Below are positions 1 through 7,539 of a stretch of DNA of 32,782 bases, piece by piece. Origin of the DNA: Oligoflexia bacterium (GTDB lineage Bacteria > Bdellovibrionota > UBA1018); contig CAIOHW010000203.1 in NCBI GenBank assembly GCA_903858195.1, positions 1 to 32,782 on the forward strand, in the 5' to 3' direction. The stretch's first letter is position 1. Each line of letters opens with the position of its first letter. The translations under genes and the position numbers were made by a program. The notes below the pieces were generated by a model. It did no database searches and was not told where the DNA came from. It saw only the letters and a program-made list of their open reading frames with translations.

Positions 1-782
1 GTGAAGGACCTCGCCTCGCGTTCGGCTTCATCCGAGTGCTCTTCGATCAAGCCATACTCGGCTGCGATCATCTGCACGTCGGCCGTCGCCGGAAGCGACG
101 CACCATAGACCTCGATGACCTCGGCAGTCACCCGATGGGGGCCCTCTTCGTGGAATTCCAGCGAGCACCGAATCCAGTCGCCCGCCTGCGCCCTTCCGGC
201 CCCCATGGGCAGATAGACCTCCTCGCGGGCGCGCTTGCGTTCGTAAACGACGAATCCACCACGTGCCGACCCCCTGCCAGGCGACTGCATCGGACTGTAG
301 CGACCCACAAGCTCCCGAAAGCGGTGCTCAAGCACCACGAGCTTTCGGATCTCGCCTCGGCTGCCGATTTCGACTTCGACGCGGTCCCCATGGAACGTGC
401 TGTCAGCCAGGTGCGGGGGAAGAAAGAGGTCCTCGAGCTTGCGGTTCTCGAACTGAACGAACCCAAACCCCTTGCGATTCTTGTCGACCGTACCCCGGAG
501 CGTGCGGCCCTCCAGGCCCTGCGAAGCGCGGGCGGGCCTTCTCCCCGGACGCTCCGGCCGCTCCGGGCGCCTCGAGTGGCGCTCCTTTCGTTCTGGGCGC
601 TCTGGTCGCTCCTGCCGCCCGGTCGCTGCCGGCGGTGAAGCGCCCTGCCCACCGAACGAGTGAACTTTTCCCGACCGGTCCTTGAACGAAAAGCCAGAAC
701 CCGAAGCGGGAGGCCTCTTGCTGGAAGAGGACTCTCGTTTCGGGTTCTTGGAGTGCTTTGGGGGTTCGGATCGCTTGGGCAT
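1..782 (-). CDS. rnr: Ribonuclease R, N-terminal part (gene continues past the left edge)
   Basis: Absent from the ORF track because it has no stop in the window. My own minus-strand translation from ATG at 782-780 reads MPKRSEPPKHSKNPKRESSSSKRPP...GTVDKNRKGFGFVQFENRKLEDLFLPPHLADSTFHGDRVEVEI...VTAEVIEVYGASLPATADVQMIAAEYGLIEEHSDEAEREARSF and stays open to position 1. The GFGFV cold-shock/OB module followed by the IAAEYGL..E.S.EA..EA segment is the usual RNase R/VacB N-terminal layout. There is a basic Arg/Pro/Glu-rich N-terminal extension. Confidence 0.7.
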   Translation of the reverse strand, partial: MPKRSEPPKHSKNPKRESSSSKRPPASGSGFSFKDRSGKVHSFGGQGASPPAATGRQERPERPERKERHSRRPERPERPGRRPARASQGLEGRTLRGTVDKNRKGFGFVQFENRKLEDLFLPPHLADSTFHGDRVEVEIGSRGEIRKLVVLEHRFRELVGRYSPMQSPGRGSARGGFVVYERKRAREEVYLPMGAGRAQAGDWIRCSLEFHEEGPHRVTAEVIEVYGASLPATADVQMIAAEYGLIEEHSDEAEREARSF

Positions 783-831
783 GGTATGCCAAGTTTACCT
801 GAAAGGCTTCCCCGACACCAACCGAGACCGA

Positions 832-1446
832 TTAAATCCCGCGGGTTCGGAGCACCTTGAGCTGCACGTTGCGGGTCTCGTAGCAGTTCTTCTGGATGCT
901 CATGCCCACGCGGAGCTGACCGGTCTGACTCACGGTGATCATCTGTCCGATGGGTAGGTCGAAGTAGCCGTCGTTCACGGACCCCTTCATGACCGAACTC
1001 GCGTTCTGTTCGTTACTGCAGTCACCGATGAACACGCCCCAACCGATATCTCCGTAGCGAATCTCGCCCATGAGCTCGACCTGGTCGCCTGCAAGCAACT
1101 GGGGTCCCCACCAGGCGTACTGCGTCTGAGCGGCGCTCGGCAGATAAGGAATATTGGACTGGCCCGAGTAACTCACCGCCGGCAGCAGGTTGCAGTAGCG
1201 TACGTCATGCGTGGCGCTATAGGGCTGCGGCAGGCTGCACTGATCATTGGTGTAGCCGTAGTTGTGCGAGCCCGGCATGCACTGCCGAAGGTAGGGGTTG
1301 TACACCTGGCCCACGGGACACTGGGGCGTGGGAGGAATCGGCGGCACGGGATTCACCCAACCGTCGTTGCCCGAGTTGTTTCCGCAGGCTGCGGCCAAGG
1401 ATCCGGCAACCATCATGAGTGAAAGCTTCTTCATTGCTTTGAGCAT
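832..1446 (-). CDS. Secreted Cys-rich lipoprotein, unknown function
   Basis: ORF 832..1467. An internal ATG at 1446 is preceded by GGAG (ggagtttatATG). The N-terminus MLKAMKKLSLMMVAGSLAAAC has a signal peptide and an LAAAC lipobox. The mature part has 7 further Cys and a Pro-rich linker (PVPPIPPTPQCP). I recognise no family. Confidence 0.6.
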   Translation of the reverse strand: MLKAMKKLSLMMVAGSLAAACGNNSGNDGWVNPVPPIPPTPQCPVGQVYNPYLRQCMPGSHNYGYTNDQCSLPQPYSATHDVRYCNLLPAVSYSGQSNIPYLPSAAQTQYAWWGPQLLAGDQVELMGEIRYGDIGWGVFIGDCSNEQNASSVMKGSVNDGYFDLPIGQMITVSQTGQLRVGMSIQKNCYETRNVQLKVLRTRGI

Positions 1447-1555
1447 ATAAACTCCGTTGCCACCCATTGTTCACGCAGTGTGCCAAAGGCCCTGGGCCCT
1501 AGAACGCGTAAAAATGGCAACCGAAGCCCCAAACCCAGGACAGGGTGTCTAAAGT

Positions 1556-2062
1556 CTAGACAGCTGACCAGTAGTAGACGCCGCCCTGGCCGCGAGACTC
1601 AGTGATGTGCACCTCGATCCCGAGCACCAGGCCCTGGAGCAGGGCCGGGTCAAGCCTCTGCCTGAACCGGTCACAAAACTCCTGCGCCAGAGTCTCGGTG
1701 GCGATGTTCTCAAGGGGAAGCAGCACGACCTCTTCCGAAGGAATGACATAGCGCTTGCCGCAGAGCCTGAAATCGAGCTCGCTTGCACTCCTCGAGTCCA
1801 CCTTAAAGTGAGGGCAATTCTCGGCCAGAAGCAGGCGATCATCCCACTCCTTGCACTGGGCGTTGAGGGCGGTCTTGACCACCCCGAAATCGAGAAAGGA
1901 TTTAAAACCGATCTCCGAAAGATCGAGTGCCACGGTCACCTGGAAGTTGTGGCCATGCAGCCGCTCCTTGGTGCCGTCCGGAAATACGGTCATATGTGCA
2001 GCTGAAAACTTGTGCGCGTCCTTGCCTACGTAAATGCGGTGGCGAGAAATTCGAGCATTCAT
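1556..2062 (-). CDS. 6-pyruvoyl-tetrahydropterin synthase / QueD-fold (COG0720) protein, atypical active site
   Basis: 168 aa. FSAAH...RLHGHNF matches the three-His zinc motif of PTPS/QueD. The Cys normally found between the His motifs is missing (DGTKERLHGH). Its start overlaps the SDR stop in an ATGA (2059-2062). Confidence 0.7.
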   Translation of the reverse strand: MNARISRHRIYVGKDAHKFSAAHMTVFPDGTKERLHGHNFQVTVALDLSEIGFKSFLDFGVVKTALNAQCKEWDDRLLLAENCPHFKVDSRSASELDFRLCGKRYVIPSEEVVLLPLENIATETLAQEFCDRFRQRLDPALLQGLVLGIEVHITESRGQGGVYYWSAV

Positions 2063-2781
2063 GCGAGGACCCCTCCGTCGATGACAAAACTCTGTCCGGT
2101 GACGCCTGACGCGGCATCTGAAGCGAGATACGCGGCCATCTGGGCAATCTCGACAGGCTCGATAAACCGGCCGAGAGGGACGCTCGTCTTGAGCGAATCC
2201 TCCGTCATCCCGAGCTCAGACAAGCGTCCATGGGCCATGTCGGTTCGCGTCCAGCCCGGGCAGATCACGTTGACGGTGATCCGCCTCGAGGCGACGGCAT
2301 GAGACATCGAGCGCGTGAGCCCCAAAACTGCGTGTTTTGCCGCACAATAGGCCGTGGTATCAGGTACGCCCTTCAAGGCCAGCACGGATGCAATGTTGAT
2401 GATCCTGCCACCGTCATTCATCGAGGCCAGTGCGTACTTTGAAAAGTAGTATGAGCCATTGAGGTTCACATTGATGATCTCGTGCCAGCACGAGTCGTCA
2501 TCCTCGGGGGCGAGTGAATTGGTCCCGCCGAGCCCGGCATTATTGATCAAAACATCGATCTTTCCGAGCGCCGCGACCGCGGCCGAAACACCTGCTTTGA
2601 CCTGATCTCGATCCGCCACATTGCAGGCAAAGGCAAAATCAGGGTTTCCGTTTCGGGCGCCCTCCAGGGTGGTGGCACAGGCTGCCACCTTGAAGCCAAG
2701 CCCCTTGAAATGCTCCACCATCGCGAGACCCATGCCCCGTGACCCGCCCGTGATCAGAACGACCTTTTGTCTGGCTGCCAT
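2059..2781 (-). CDS. Short-chain dehydrogenase/reductase (classical SDR, FabG/sepiapterin-reductase-like)
   Basis: 240 aa with TGGSRGMG (TGxxxGxG), NNAG and YCAAK (YxxxK) motifs. Translationally coupled to the downstream PTPS-fold gene. Confidence 0.85.
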   Translation of the reverse strand: MAARQKVVLITGGSRGMGLAMVEHFKGLGFKVAACATTLEGARNGNPDFAFACNVADRDQVKAGVSAAVAALGKIDVLINNAGLGGTNSLAPEDDDSCWHEIINVNLNGSYYFSKYALASMNDGGRIINIASVLALKGVPDTTAYCAAKHAVLGLTRSMSHAVASRRITVNVICPGWTRTDMAHGRLSELGMTEDSLKTSVPLGRFIEPVEIAQMAAYLASDAASGVTGQSFVIDGGVLA

Positions 2782-2795
2782 GTTGGGGGTATAAC
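2767..2795 (+). promoter_or_regulatory. Candidate sigma-70-type promoter giving a leaderless or near-leaderless DUF423 mRNA
   Basis: TTGTCT (2767-2772), 17 nt, TATAAC (2790-2795), then 8 nt to ATG at 2804. No Shine-Dalgarno is present. The whole divergent gap to the SDR start is only 22 nt, so the -35 lies inside the SDR coding sequence. Confidence 0.35.
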
Positions 2796-2803
2796 ACGTT
2801 TAA

Positions 2804-3169
2804 ATGACGAACTGGATTTCTGTGTCGACAGTGCTGGGCGGAACCTCGGTGATCTTGGGTGCATTTGCCGCCCACGGACTCGAAGGCCGCGTCGAAGAAA
2901 AAGCCATCGAATGGATGCGCACCGGCTCGCACTACCAAATGGTGCACGCCCTGGCGCTCCTGGGCTGGGCCCTCTGGCGTGCCGAGCGCGGCGGGCAGAC
3001 CTCCCCATTTGCGGGGTGGTGCTTCCTCGCGGGCACGCTCATTTTCTCGGGCACGCTCTACGCGATGACGTTCGGAGCACCGCGCTGGCTGGGCGCGATC
3101 ACCCCGATCGGAGGCTCACTGCTGATTGCAGCCTGGTTTGCCTTTGCCTATCAGGCGCTCAAGAGCTGA
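2804..3169 (+). CDS. DUF423 family small inner-membrane protein
   Basis: 121 aa with four hydrophobic helices. GAFAAHGL and the later HALALLG segment are typical of DUF423 (YgdD-like). Confidence 0.75.
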   Translation: MTNWISVSTVLGGTSVILGAFAAHGLEGRVEEKAIEWMRTGSHYQMVHALALLGWALWRAERGGQTSPFAGWCFLAGTLIFSGTLYAMTFGAPRWLGAITPIGGSLLIAAWFAFAYQALKS

Positions 3170-3750
3170 AAGGCCACCCAGGCAAAGCTTGCCACAGCGA
3201 TGCCGATGCTCCATCGGCGCATCGAGCGCTTCTCGAGCAATGCCCCGCGACGCTTCATCTTCTTTTCGAGCATCCGGTGCCTGCGGGAGTCCGCGCTATG
3301 AAGCTCACTTGAGAGATCGGAGTTTGCGAGCAAGAGGGTCGTAGACCCACCTTCTTGCGCGGGCTTTTGAACCTCGGTCGAGAGCGTGGCTTCGACCCCC
3401 TTCAGGGCAACGATTTTTCGGTACATCGTTGCATCCTGGCTGCCTGCAGGCTCATGCGCCTGCTGCTGGGTCAGGATCAGGCGCTGATCGCCGACCTTGA
3501 TCACATCATTCAAGAGCAGCCTTCTGCGGCGCTTGGGCATGATCGGCACGCGGTTGACCTGCGTGCGGTTGGTCGAATCGAGATCCTCGACAAAAATGTC
3601 GCTCCCCACGAGGTGGAAGCGGCAATGCACGCGCGAGATGAGGGGATCGTGATCGAAGCGCAGGCTTCCTTCGGATCGCCCGATGGTAAAGCCATCTGCA
3701 ATCGGAACGAACTTCTTGTTCTGGTCGTGATAGAGAAAAAGTGCGCGCAT
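3151..3750 (-). CDS. FHA-domain protein with C-terminal membrane anchor
   Basis: ORF 3151..3810. ATG at 3750 is preceded by GAGGAG. FTIGRS...ISRVHCRF...VEDLDSTNRTQVN is a canonical FHA signature. The C-terminal WSIGIAVASFAWVAFQLLSA is a TM helix. The 3' end overlaps the DUF423 gene by 19 nt. Confidence 0.8.
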   Translation of the reverse strand: MRALFLYHDQNKKFVPIADGFTIGRSEGSLRFDHDPLISRVHCRFHLVGSDIFVEDLDSTNRTQVNRVPIMPKRRRRLLLNDVIKVGDQRLILTQQQAHEPAGSQDATMYRKIVALKGVEATLSTEVQKPAQEGGSTTLLLANSDLSSELHSADSRRHRMLEKKMKRRGALLEKRSMRRWSIGIAVASFAWVAFQLLSA

Positions 3751-3859
3751 CGTCGACTCCTCGCTCCCCTGATCTTGGGGGCCTGGTTTCAGCCTACGTA
3801 CCGCACCCATTCACAGTAACATCAGTGCAATCGCTGTAAATTGTGTCACCGCTGACGTG

Positions 3860-4813
3860 TCAGAGTCGACACACCCAGAGCGACCAAAGCGGCACTGTGA
3901 CGAGCGAGAGCGGGATACTGAGTCCCACCATCAGGCGCGCAAGCTCTGGCTCCAGTCCCTGATCAGCAGCCACCACGCCTCCGGTGATCTGCGAGGCCAT
4001 GGCAGCCTCCAGGAGCAGCGTTTGGAGCACGATGGGCTCCACCCCGCCTGCGGCACGCGCAAGCGCCGGATAAAGCGCGACCATGAGCGCCGGAAATGCA
4101 ACGAGCTTCAGGGCAAGCCCTGTGGCGAGCGGCATGCGGATGGCCTGCTTCTTTATGGCTCTCAGGCTCATCGACATCCCCACCGAGAGCAGTGCTGCAG
4201 GCGAAAGGCTCCAGGCCAGAGCTCCCAGCAGCGAATCCAGCCAGGCTGGAAACGGCACGCTCGAGAGCAACAGGGCCGAGACCAGCGCAATGAAGGCAGG
4301 AAAGCGAATCGGTCTGAGCAGAAACGAAAGGCCTGTGCCGGGACTCTTACGAGCATGGGGCGACACGGTTTGTGCAAATGGAACGCCCACAAGCGAGAGC
4401 ACGAGAAAACTTCCGAGCTGGTCTTGGAGCACTCCCGTTGGGAGCGCAGCAGGGCCGAGCACGGCCTCCAGAAGCGGAAGGCCAACAAACGAAGTGTTGC
4501 CCAGGCCCACGGTCATGACCAGCGCGCCCCAGACCGTGCGGCTCCATCCCATCGCGCGTGAAAGCAAAGTCACGACCATGAGTGCTAAGAAGAACTGGAG
4601 CCAGGGCTGGCTTGCCGGAAGCAGGATCTGCGGATCCGAAAAAGAGATGGAAGGAAGCGAGTGAATCTTGAGCAGCACGAGCGAAGGGAGCGCAACCCGG
4701 ATCACCCAGCGATTGAGCCACAGCGAGAGTGCAGCCGCCCTCCGCTCTCCCACGCGAGACTTTCGAAAGGCGTAGCCCGCAGCAAGCAAGGCGAGCAGAA
4801 TCGTGATCTTCAA
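3860..4813 (-). CDS. AEC (auxin efflux carrier / MdcF-like) family permease
   Basis: Polytopic membrane protein (ITILLALLAAGYAFRK... with about 10 hydrophobic segments) of typical AEC length. The longest ORF starts at 4891, inside the upstream GNAT gene. An in-frame TTG at 4813 overlaps the GNAT stop (TTGA), so I prefer it. The start is uncertain. Confidence 0.65.
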   Translation of the reverse strand: MKITILLALLAAGYAFRKSRVGERRAAALSLWLNRWVIRVALPSLVLLKIHSLPSISFSDPQILLPASQPWLQFFLALMVVTLLSRAMGWSRTVWGALVMTVGLGNTSFVGLPLLEAVLGPAALPTGVLQDQLGSFLVLSLVGVPFAQTVSPHARKSPGTGLSFLLRPIRFPAFIALVSALLLSSVPFPAWLDSLLGALAWSLSPAALLSVGMSMSLRAIKKQAIRMPLATGLALKLVAFPALMVALYPALARAAGGVEPIVLQTLLLEAAMASQITGGVVAADQGLEPELARLMVGLSIPLSLVTVPLWSLWVCRL

Positions 4814-5697
4814 ACTCCGTCGAGCCCCCAGAACCAGATGGCGCTCTCGGCAAGTCTTTCGGCGGAAGGACCCAAGGGTAGCATGAGGCACGCACTCTCA
4901 CGGACGGCAGTAGACCCGACTCGTGCCGAGAGGACTGAGCCCGGACCCATGATCTCGGCCGATGGGTCAATCGAATGGGCCCAGCGCATGATCATCGCGA
5001 GAGCTTCGCCCTCACCCCAGAATTCATGGAGCTGAAGGCCCAGATCCATGCCGCGTCCGAATGCCCCGTAGGCAACGAGTCTTCCTTGGCCGTCGAGCAC
5101 CCGGGCCCAGTGCGTGTTTTTATGCTCCGAGATCCACTCGCGGTCGGAGGGCACAAGCTCCACCCCTCCAGAGTGATCGCGGGCCTGCTGCATGAGCGGC
5201 AGAATCGTGGCGTCAAAGCCCTCTTCGAGCCTGAGCGCTGATGGAGCGCGCGAGCCCCCCTCGAGCAGAGGGGCAATCGGAGCTCGAAGCTGCACGCCCC
5301 GACTCTTGAAGCCGAGCCGACTGTATAAAGGAGAATCGGTTCCCCAAAGCACGACCGCATCGAGCTCGAGCCTGCGTGCCCGCTCGATGAGCGCCTCCAC
5401 CAGAAGGGAAGCCACTCCCTGACCTCGCAGGCTGGGGTGGGTGGCCACCCCCCCGACTCTGGCCACACGAAGCCTCGGGCCGCCCGGAACTTTCCAGACT
5501 CCGGTGACCAGTCCTGCGCAGGCGACGATCCCGTCGCCGGAGCGAACGGCAAGCCACTCGGCATCGGGCCGGTGCCTCCAGATCGGGAAGTCATCAAAAA
5601 AAGAGCTGCCCGCCGGGACGGGAAAACATTCGGCCAGCAGCCGCTCAACCGAATCAGCGCCAACCTTCTGAAGTCTGAAGTCTTCGGGGCTCGTCAT
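4810..5697 (-). CDS. GNAT family N-acetyltransferase (two-lobed, Eis-like size)
   Basis: 295 aa. VATHPSLRGQGVASLLVEALIERA is the acetyl-CoA binding motif A (R/Q-x-x-G-x-G/A). Confidence 0.8.
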   Translation of the reverse strand: MTSPEDFRLQKVGADSVERLLAECFPVPAGSSFFDDFPIWRHRPDAEWLAVRSGDGIVACAGLVTGVWKVPGGPRLRVARVGGVATHPSLRGQGVASLLVEALIERARRLELDAVVLWGTDSPLYSRLGFKSRGVQLRAPIAPLLEGGSRAPSALRLEEGFDATILPLMQQARDHSGGVELVPSDREWISEHKNTHWARVLDGQGRLVAYGAFGRGMDLGLQLHEFWGEGEALAMIMRWAHSIDPSAEIMGPGSVLSARVGSTAVRESACLMLPLGPSAERLAESAIWFWGLDGV

Positions 5698-5808
5698 TTG
5701 AATCGATTATCTCCGGGACATGGGGATGCGTCACTCGGAACACGCCGGTCGGCACTTCATTCCCCGGCAGGATCTGCCGATAGGTAAAAAGTCTGGAGGA
5801 ACGTTTGC

Positions 5809-6099
5809 GTGTCAAAAAAACATAAGTTCGATCTCACATGGCTTGTCCACCACGGCTATCTCAAGGATGGCCAGGACCTCTTCTTCGTGAGCGACCCGGC
5901 CAAGACCTGCAAGGTGGCCAAGCAGCCCAACGGGGAGTTCAAGGTCACTGTCGGAAAGGAGACCGTCACGGTCCACGCCTTTGCCCAGCGGTGCCTTGGA
6001 ATGGACCCCCCGGACCACGCTTCCAAGTGGTTCCGGACGGCTGAAGGAAAGACGCTTTATGAGCTCTGGCATGCGGAGGACTCGGTAGAAGCCGCGTAA
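5809..6099 (+). CDS. Small hypothetical protein (96 aa)
   Basis: GTG start 8 nt after GGAGGA (5790-5795), followed by a textbook terminator. The L..GYLKDGQ.L....(K/G)..V.V....WF...GKTL.ELW pattern faintly recalls small nucleic-acid-enzyme-associated accessory domains. I cannot assign a family. Confidence 0.55.
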   Translation: MSKKHKFDLTWLVHHGYLKDGQDLFFVSDPAKTCKVAKQPNGEFKVTVGKETVTVHAFAQRCLGMDPPDHASKWFRTAEGKTLYELWHAEDSVEAA

Positions 6100-6127
6100 G
6101 TCCCCGAAACTCTGCCAGAAACCACTT

Positions 6128-6172
6128 AAGCAGGCCTCCTGGAAGAAATTCCGGGATGGCCTGCTTTTTTTT
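6128..6172 (+). terminator. Rho-independent terminator
   Basis: aagcaggcc (6128-6136) pairs with ggcctgctt (6158-6166) and is followed by a T8 run (6165-6172). Confidence 0.8.
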
Positions 6173-6174
6173 CT

Positions 6175-6201
6175 TAAGGTCTTTGGCCCTCGCTCCGATC
6201 T
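6175..6201 (+). promoter_or_regulatory. Candidate sigma-28 (FliA) promoter of flagellin 1
   Basis: TAAGGTCT-N11-TCCGATCT against consensus TAAAGTTT-N11-GCCGATAA (6/8 and 5/8, exact spacing). It shares the CCGATC core with the stronger site at 19076-19102. Confidence 0.4.
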
Positions 6202-6319
6202 GTTCTGTGGAAGCCGGAGAGCAAGCAGGGCAAGAAGCTCTGCAAAAGCAGTAAGCCCCCCGGTGGCCCCATAAGACCAAGGATGGTCGATCCCGACCCG
6301 CAAGGGCCGAGATGAACAA

Positions 6320-6339
6320 AACCTTCATGGAGGAAGGTT
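6320..6339 (+). promoter_or_regulatory. SD-sequestering hairpin with GGA in the loop (candidate CsrA-type site)
   Basis: aaccttc (6320-6326), loop atggag, gaaggtt (6333-6339): a perfect 7-bp stem ending 1 nt before ATG 6340. The SD GGAGGAAGG spans the loop and the 3' arm. Confidence 0.45.
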
Positions 6340-7185
6340 ATGGGACTGAGAATCAACACGAACGTGCCTTCGCTGGTCGCACAGCGAAACCTTCGCAGCA
6401 CACGTGGAGCCCTAGATAAAAGTCTTGAACGCCTGAGCTCGGGCTCGCGCATCAACCACGCTGGCGATGACGCCGCGGGACTCGCGATCTCCGAAAGCCT
6501 CCGGGCCCAGATCCGCGGAATCGGCCAGGCCGAGCGCAACGCACAAGACGGTGTTTCGATGGTGCAGGTCGCCGAAGGCGCCCTGGCCGAGGTCTCCAAC
6601 CTCCTCATCCGCATGCGTGAGCTTGCGGTTCAGGCAGCATCCGATACGGTTGGTCAGAACGAGCGCCGCTTTCTCGACGTCGAGTTCAAGCAGGCACTCG
6701 AAGAAATCGACCGCATCGCCCACAGCACCGAGTATAACGGCGTGCGGCTGCTCGACGGATCCGCGCCCACGTTCGAAATCCAGATCGGCACGAAGAACAA
6801 CCCCATGATCGACCGGGTCAGGCTCTTTGACGCCGGCTCGAGCGACTGCAACGTCGTGTCGCTGGGGCTCAATCTCACCTCTGTGAATGATAAGCCGGGG
6901 GCCCAGAACAGCCTCGGCGCGATCGATCAGGCACTGTCGAGCGTGGTCGCCACGCGCGCTGAGTTCGGAGCCATGCAGAACCGGCTCCAAAGCGTGATCA
7001 CGAACATCGGTATCAGCAAAGAAAACCTCTCATCGGCCAACAGCCGCGTGAGGGATGCGGACCTCGCCGAAGAAGTCAGCGAGCTCACCAAGAACCAGAT
7101 CCTCATGCAGGCTGGCGTCTCGGTCCTCGCACAGGCGAACAACGCAATGAAGGGCACTTTGTCACTCCTGGGAGGGGCTGGATGA
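6340..7185 (+). CDS. fliC: Flagellin (minimal, D0/D1 only), paralog 1
   Basis: 281 aa. MGLRINTN...RLSSGSRINHAGDDAAGLAISE...NAQDG and C-terminal GAMQNRL...N.S.A.SRVRDADLAEE...ILMQAG.SVLAQAN are canonical flagellin N and C domains. Confidence 0.95.
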   Translation: MGLRINTNVPSLVAQRNLRSTRGALDKSLERLSSGSRINHAGDDAAGLAISESLRAQIRGIGQAERNAQDGVSMVQVAEGALAEVSNLLIRMRELAVQAASDTVGQNERRFLDVEFKQALEEIDRIAHSTEYNGVRLLDGSAPTFEIQIGTKNNPMIDRVRLFDAGSSDCNVVSLGLNLTSVNDKPGAQNSLGAIDQALSSVVATRAEFGAMQNRLQSVITNIGISKENLSSANSRVRDADLAEEVSELTKNQILMQAGVSVLAQANNAMKGTLSLLGGAG

Positions 7186-7292
7186 CGTTGAGAGCTGGGG
7201 CCGCATGAGCGGACCCCTGAGTGCCTGAGAAAAGTTTTTTACCCGAAGCAACGGCGCTGTCGCCTGAGCTTGTTTCCTGGATGCGGGATTGA

Positions 7293-7338
7293 GGGGCCCG
7301 CGCGCTACGGCCAAGGATTGGCACGAGCGTGCGGCCCC
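7293..7338 (+). other. GC-rich stem-loop downstream of flagellin 1 (possible 3' stabiliser or terminator, no U tract)
   Basis: ggggcccgcgcgct (7293-7306) pairs with agcgtgcggcccc (7326-7338): 13 bp with one bulged C and one G-U pair, 19-nt loop. Confidence 0.3.
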
Positions 7339-7508
7339 CACCCCTAAAACAGGCGGGTTGTGAAAGTTTGGGACCTTCAGGCCCGGGCGGAATTGTCCGC
7401 CGGGGTCACGTAGGATCCGAATCCGCCGGGAGCGGGAATTCCCGTCGGGAAAAATCAGCATGGATGCTGTCTTCGGACACGGCCCACAGGCCTGAGTTCG
7501 TCGAGACC

Positions 7509-7539
7509 ACGGAGGGACTGCATATGACGGGAGGCTAAG
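7509..7539 (+). promoter_or_regulatory. Flagellin 2 leader module with two GGA motifs (candidate CsrA sites)
   Basis: ACGGAGGGactgcATATGAcGGGAGGCtaag-ATG. GGA at 7511 and 7530 (19 nt apart), the second within the SD. The same architecture occurs upstream of flagellin 3. Confidence 0.4.

Noticed and set aside
7319-7332. TGGCACGAGCGTGC, which looks like a sigma-54 -24/-12 element upstream of flagellin 2.
   Set aside because: GG and GC are separated by 9 nt, not the required 10. The sequence also forms the loop and 3' arm of the 7293-7338 hairpin.
7230-7369. Two 7/8 matches to the sigma-28 extended -35 element: AAAAGTTT at 7230-7237 and GAAAGTTT at 7362-7369, upstream of flagellin 2.
   Set aside because: Neither is followed at N11 by anything resembling GCCGATAA (CAACGGCG and GCCCGGGC respectively). 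I could not call a promoter for flagellin 2.
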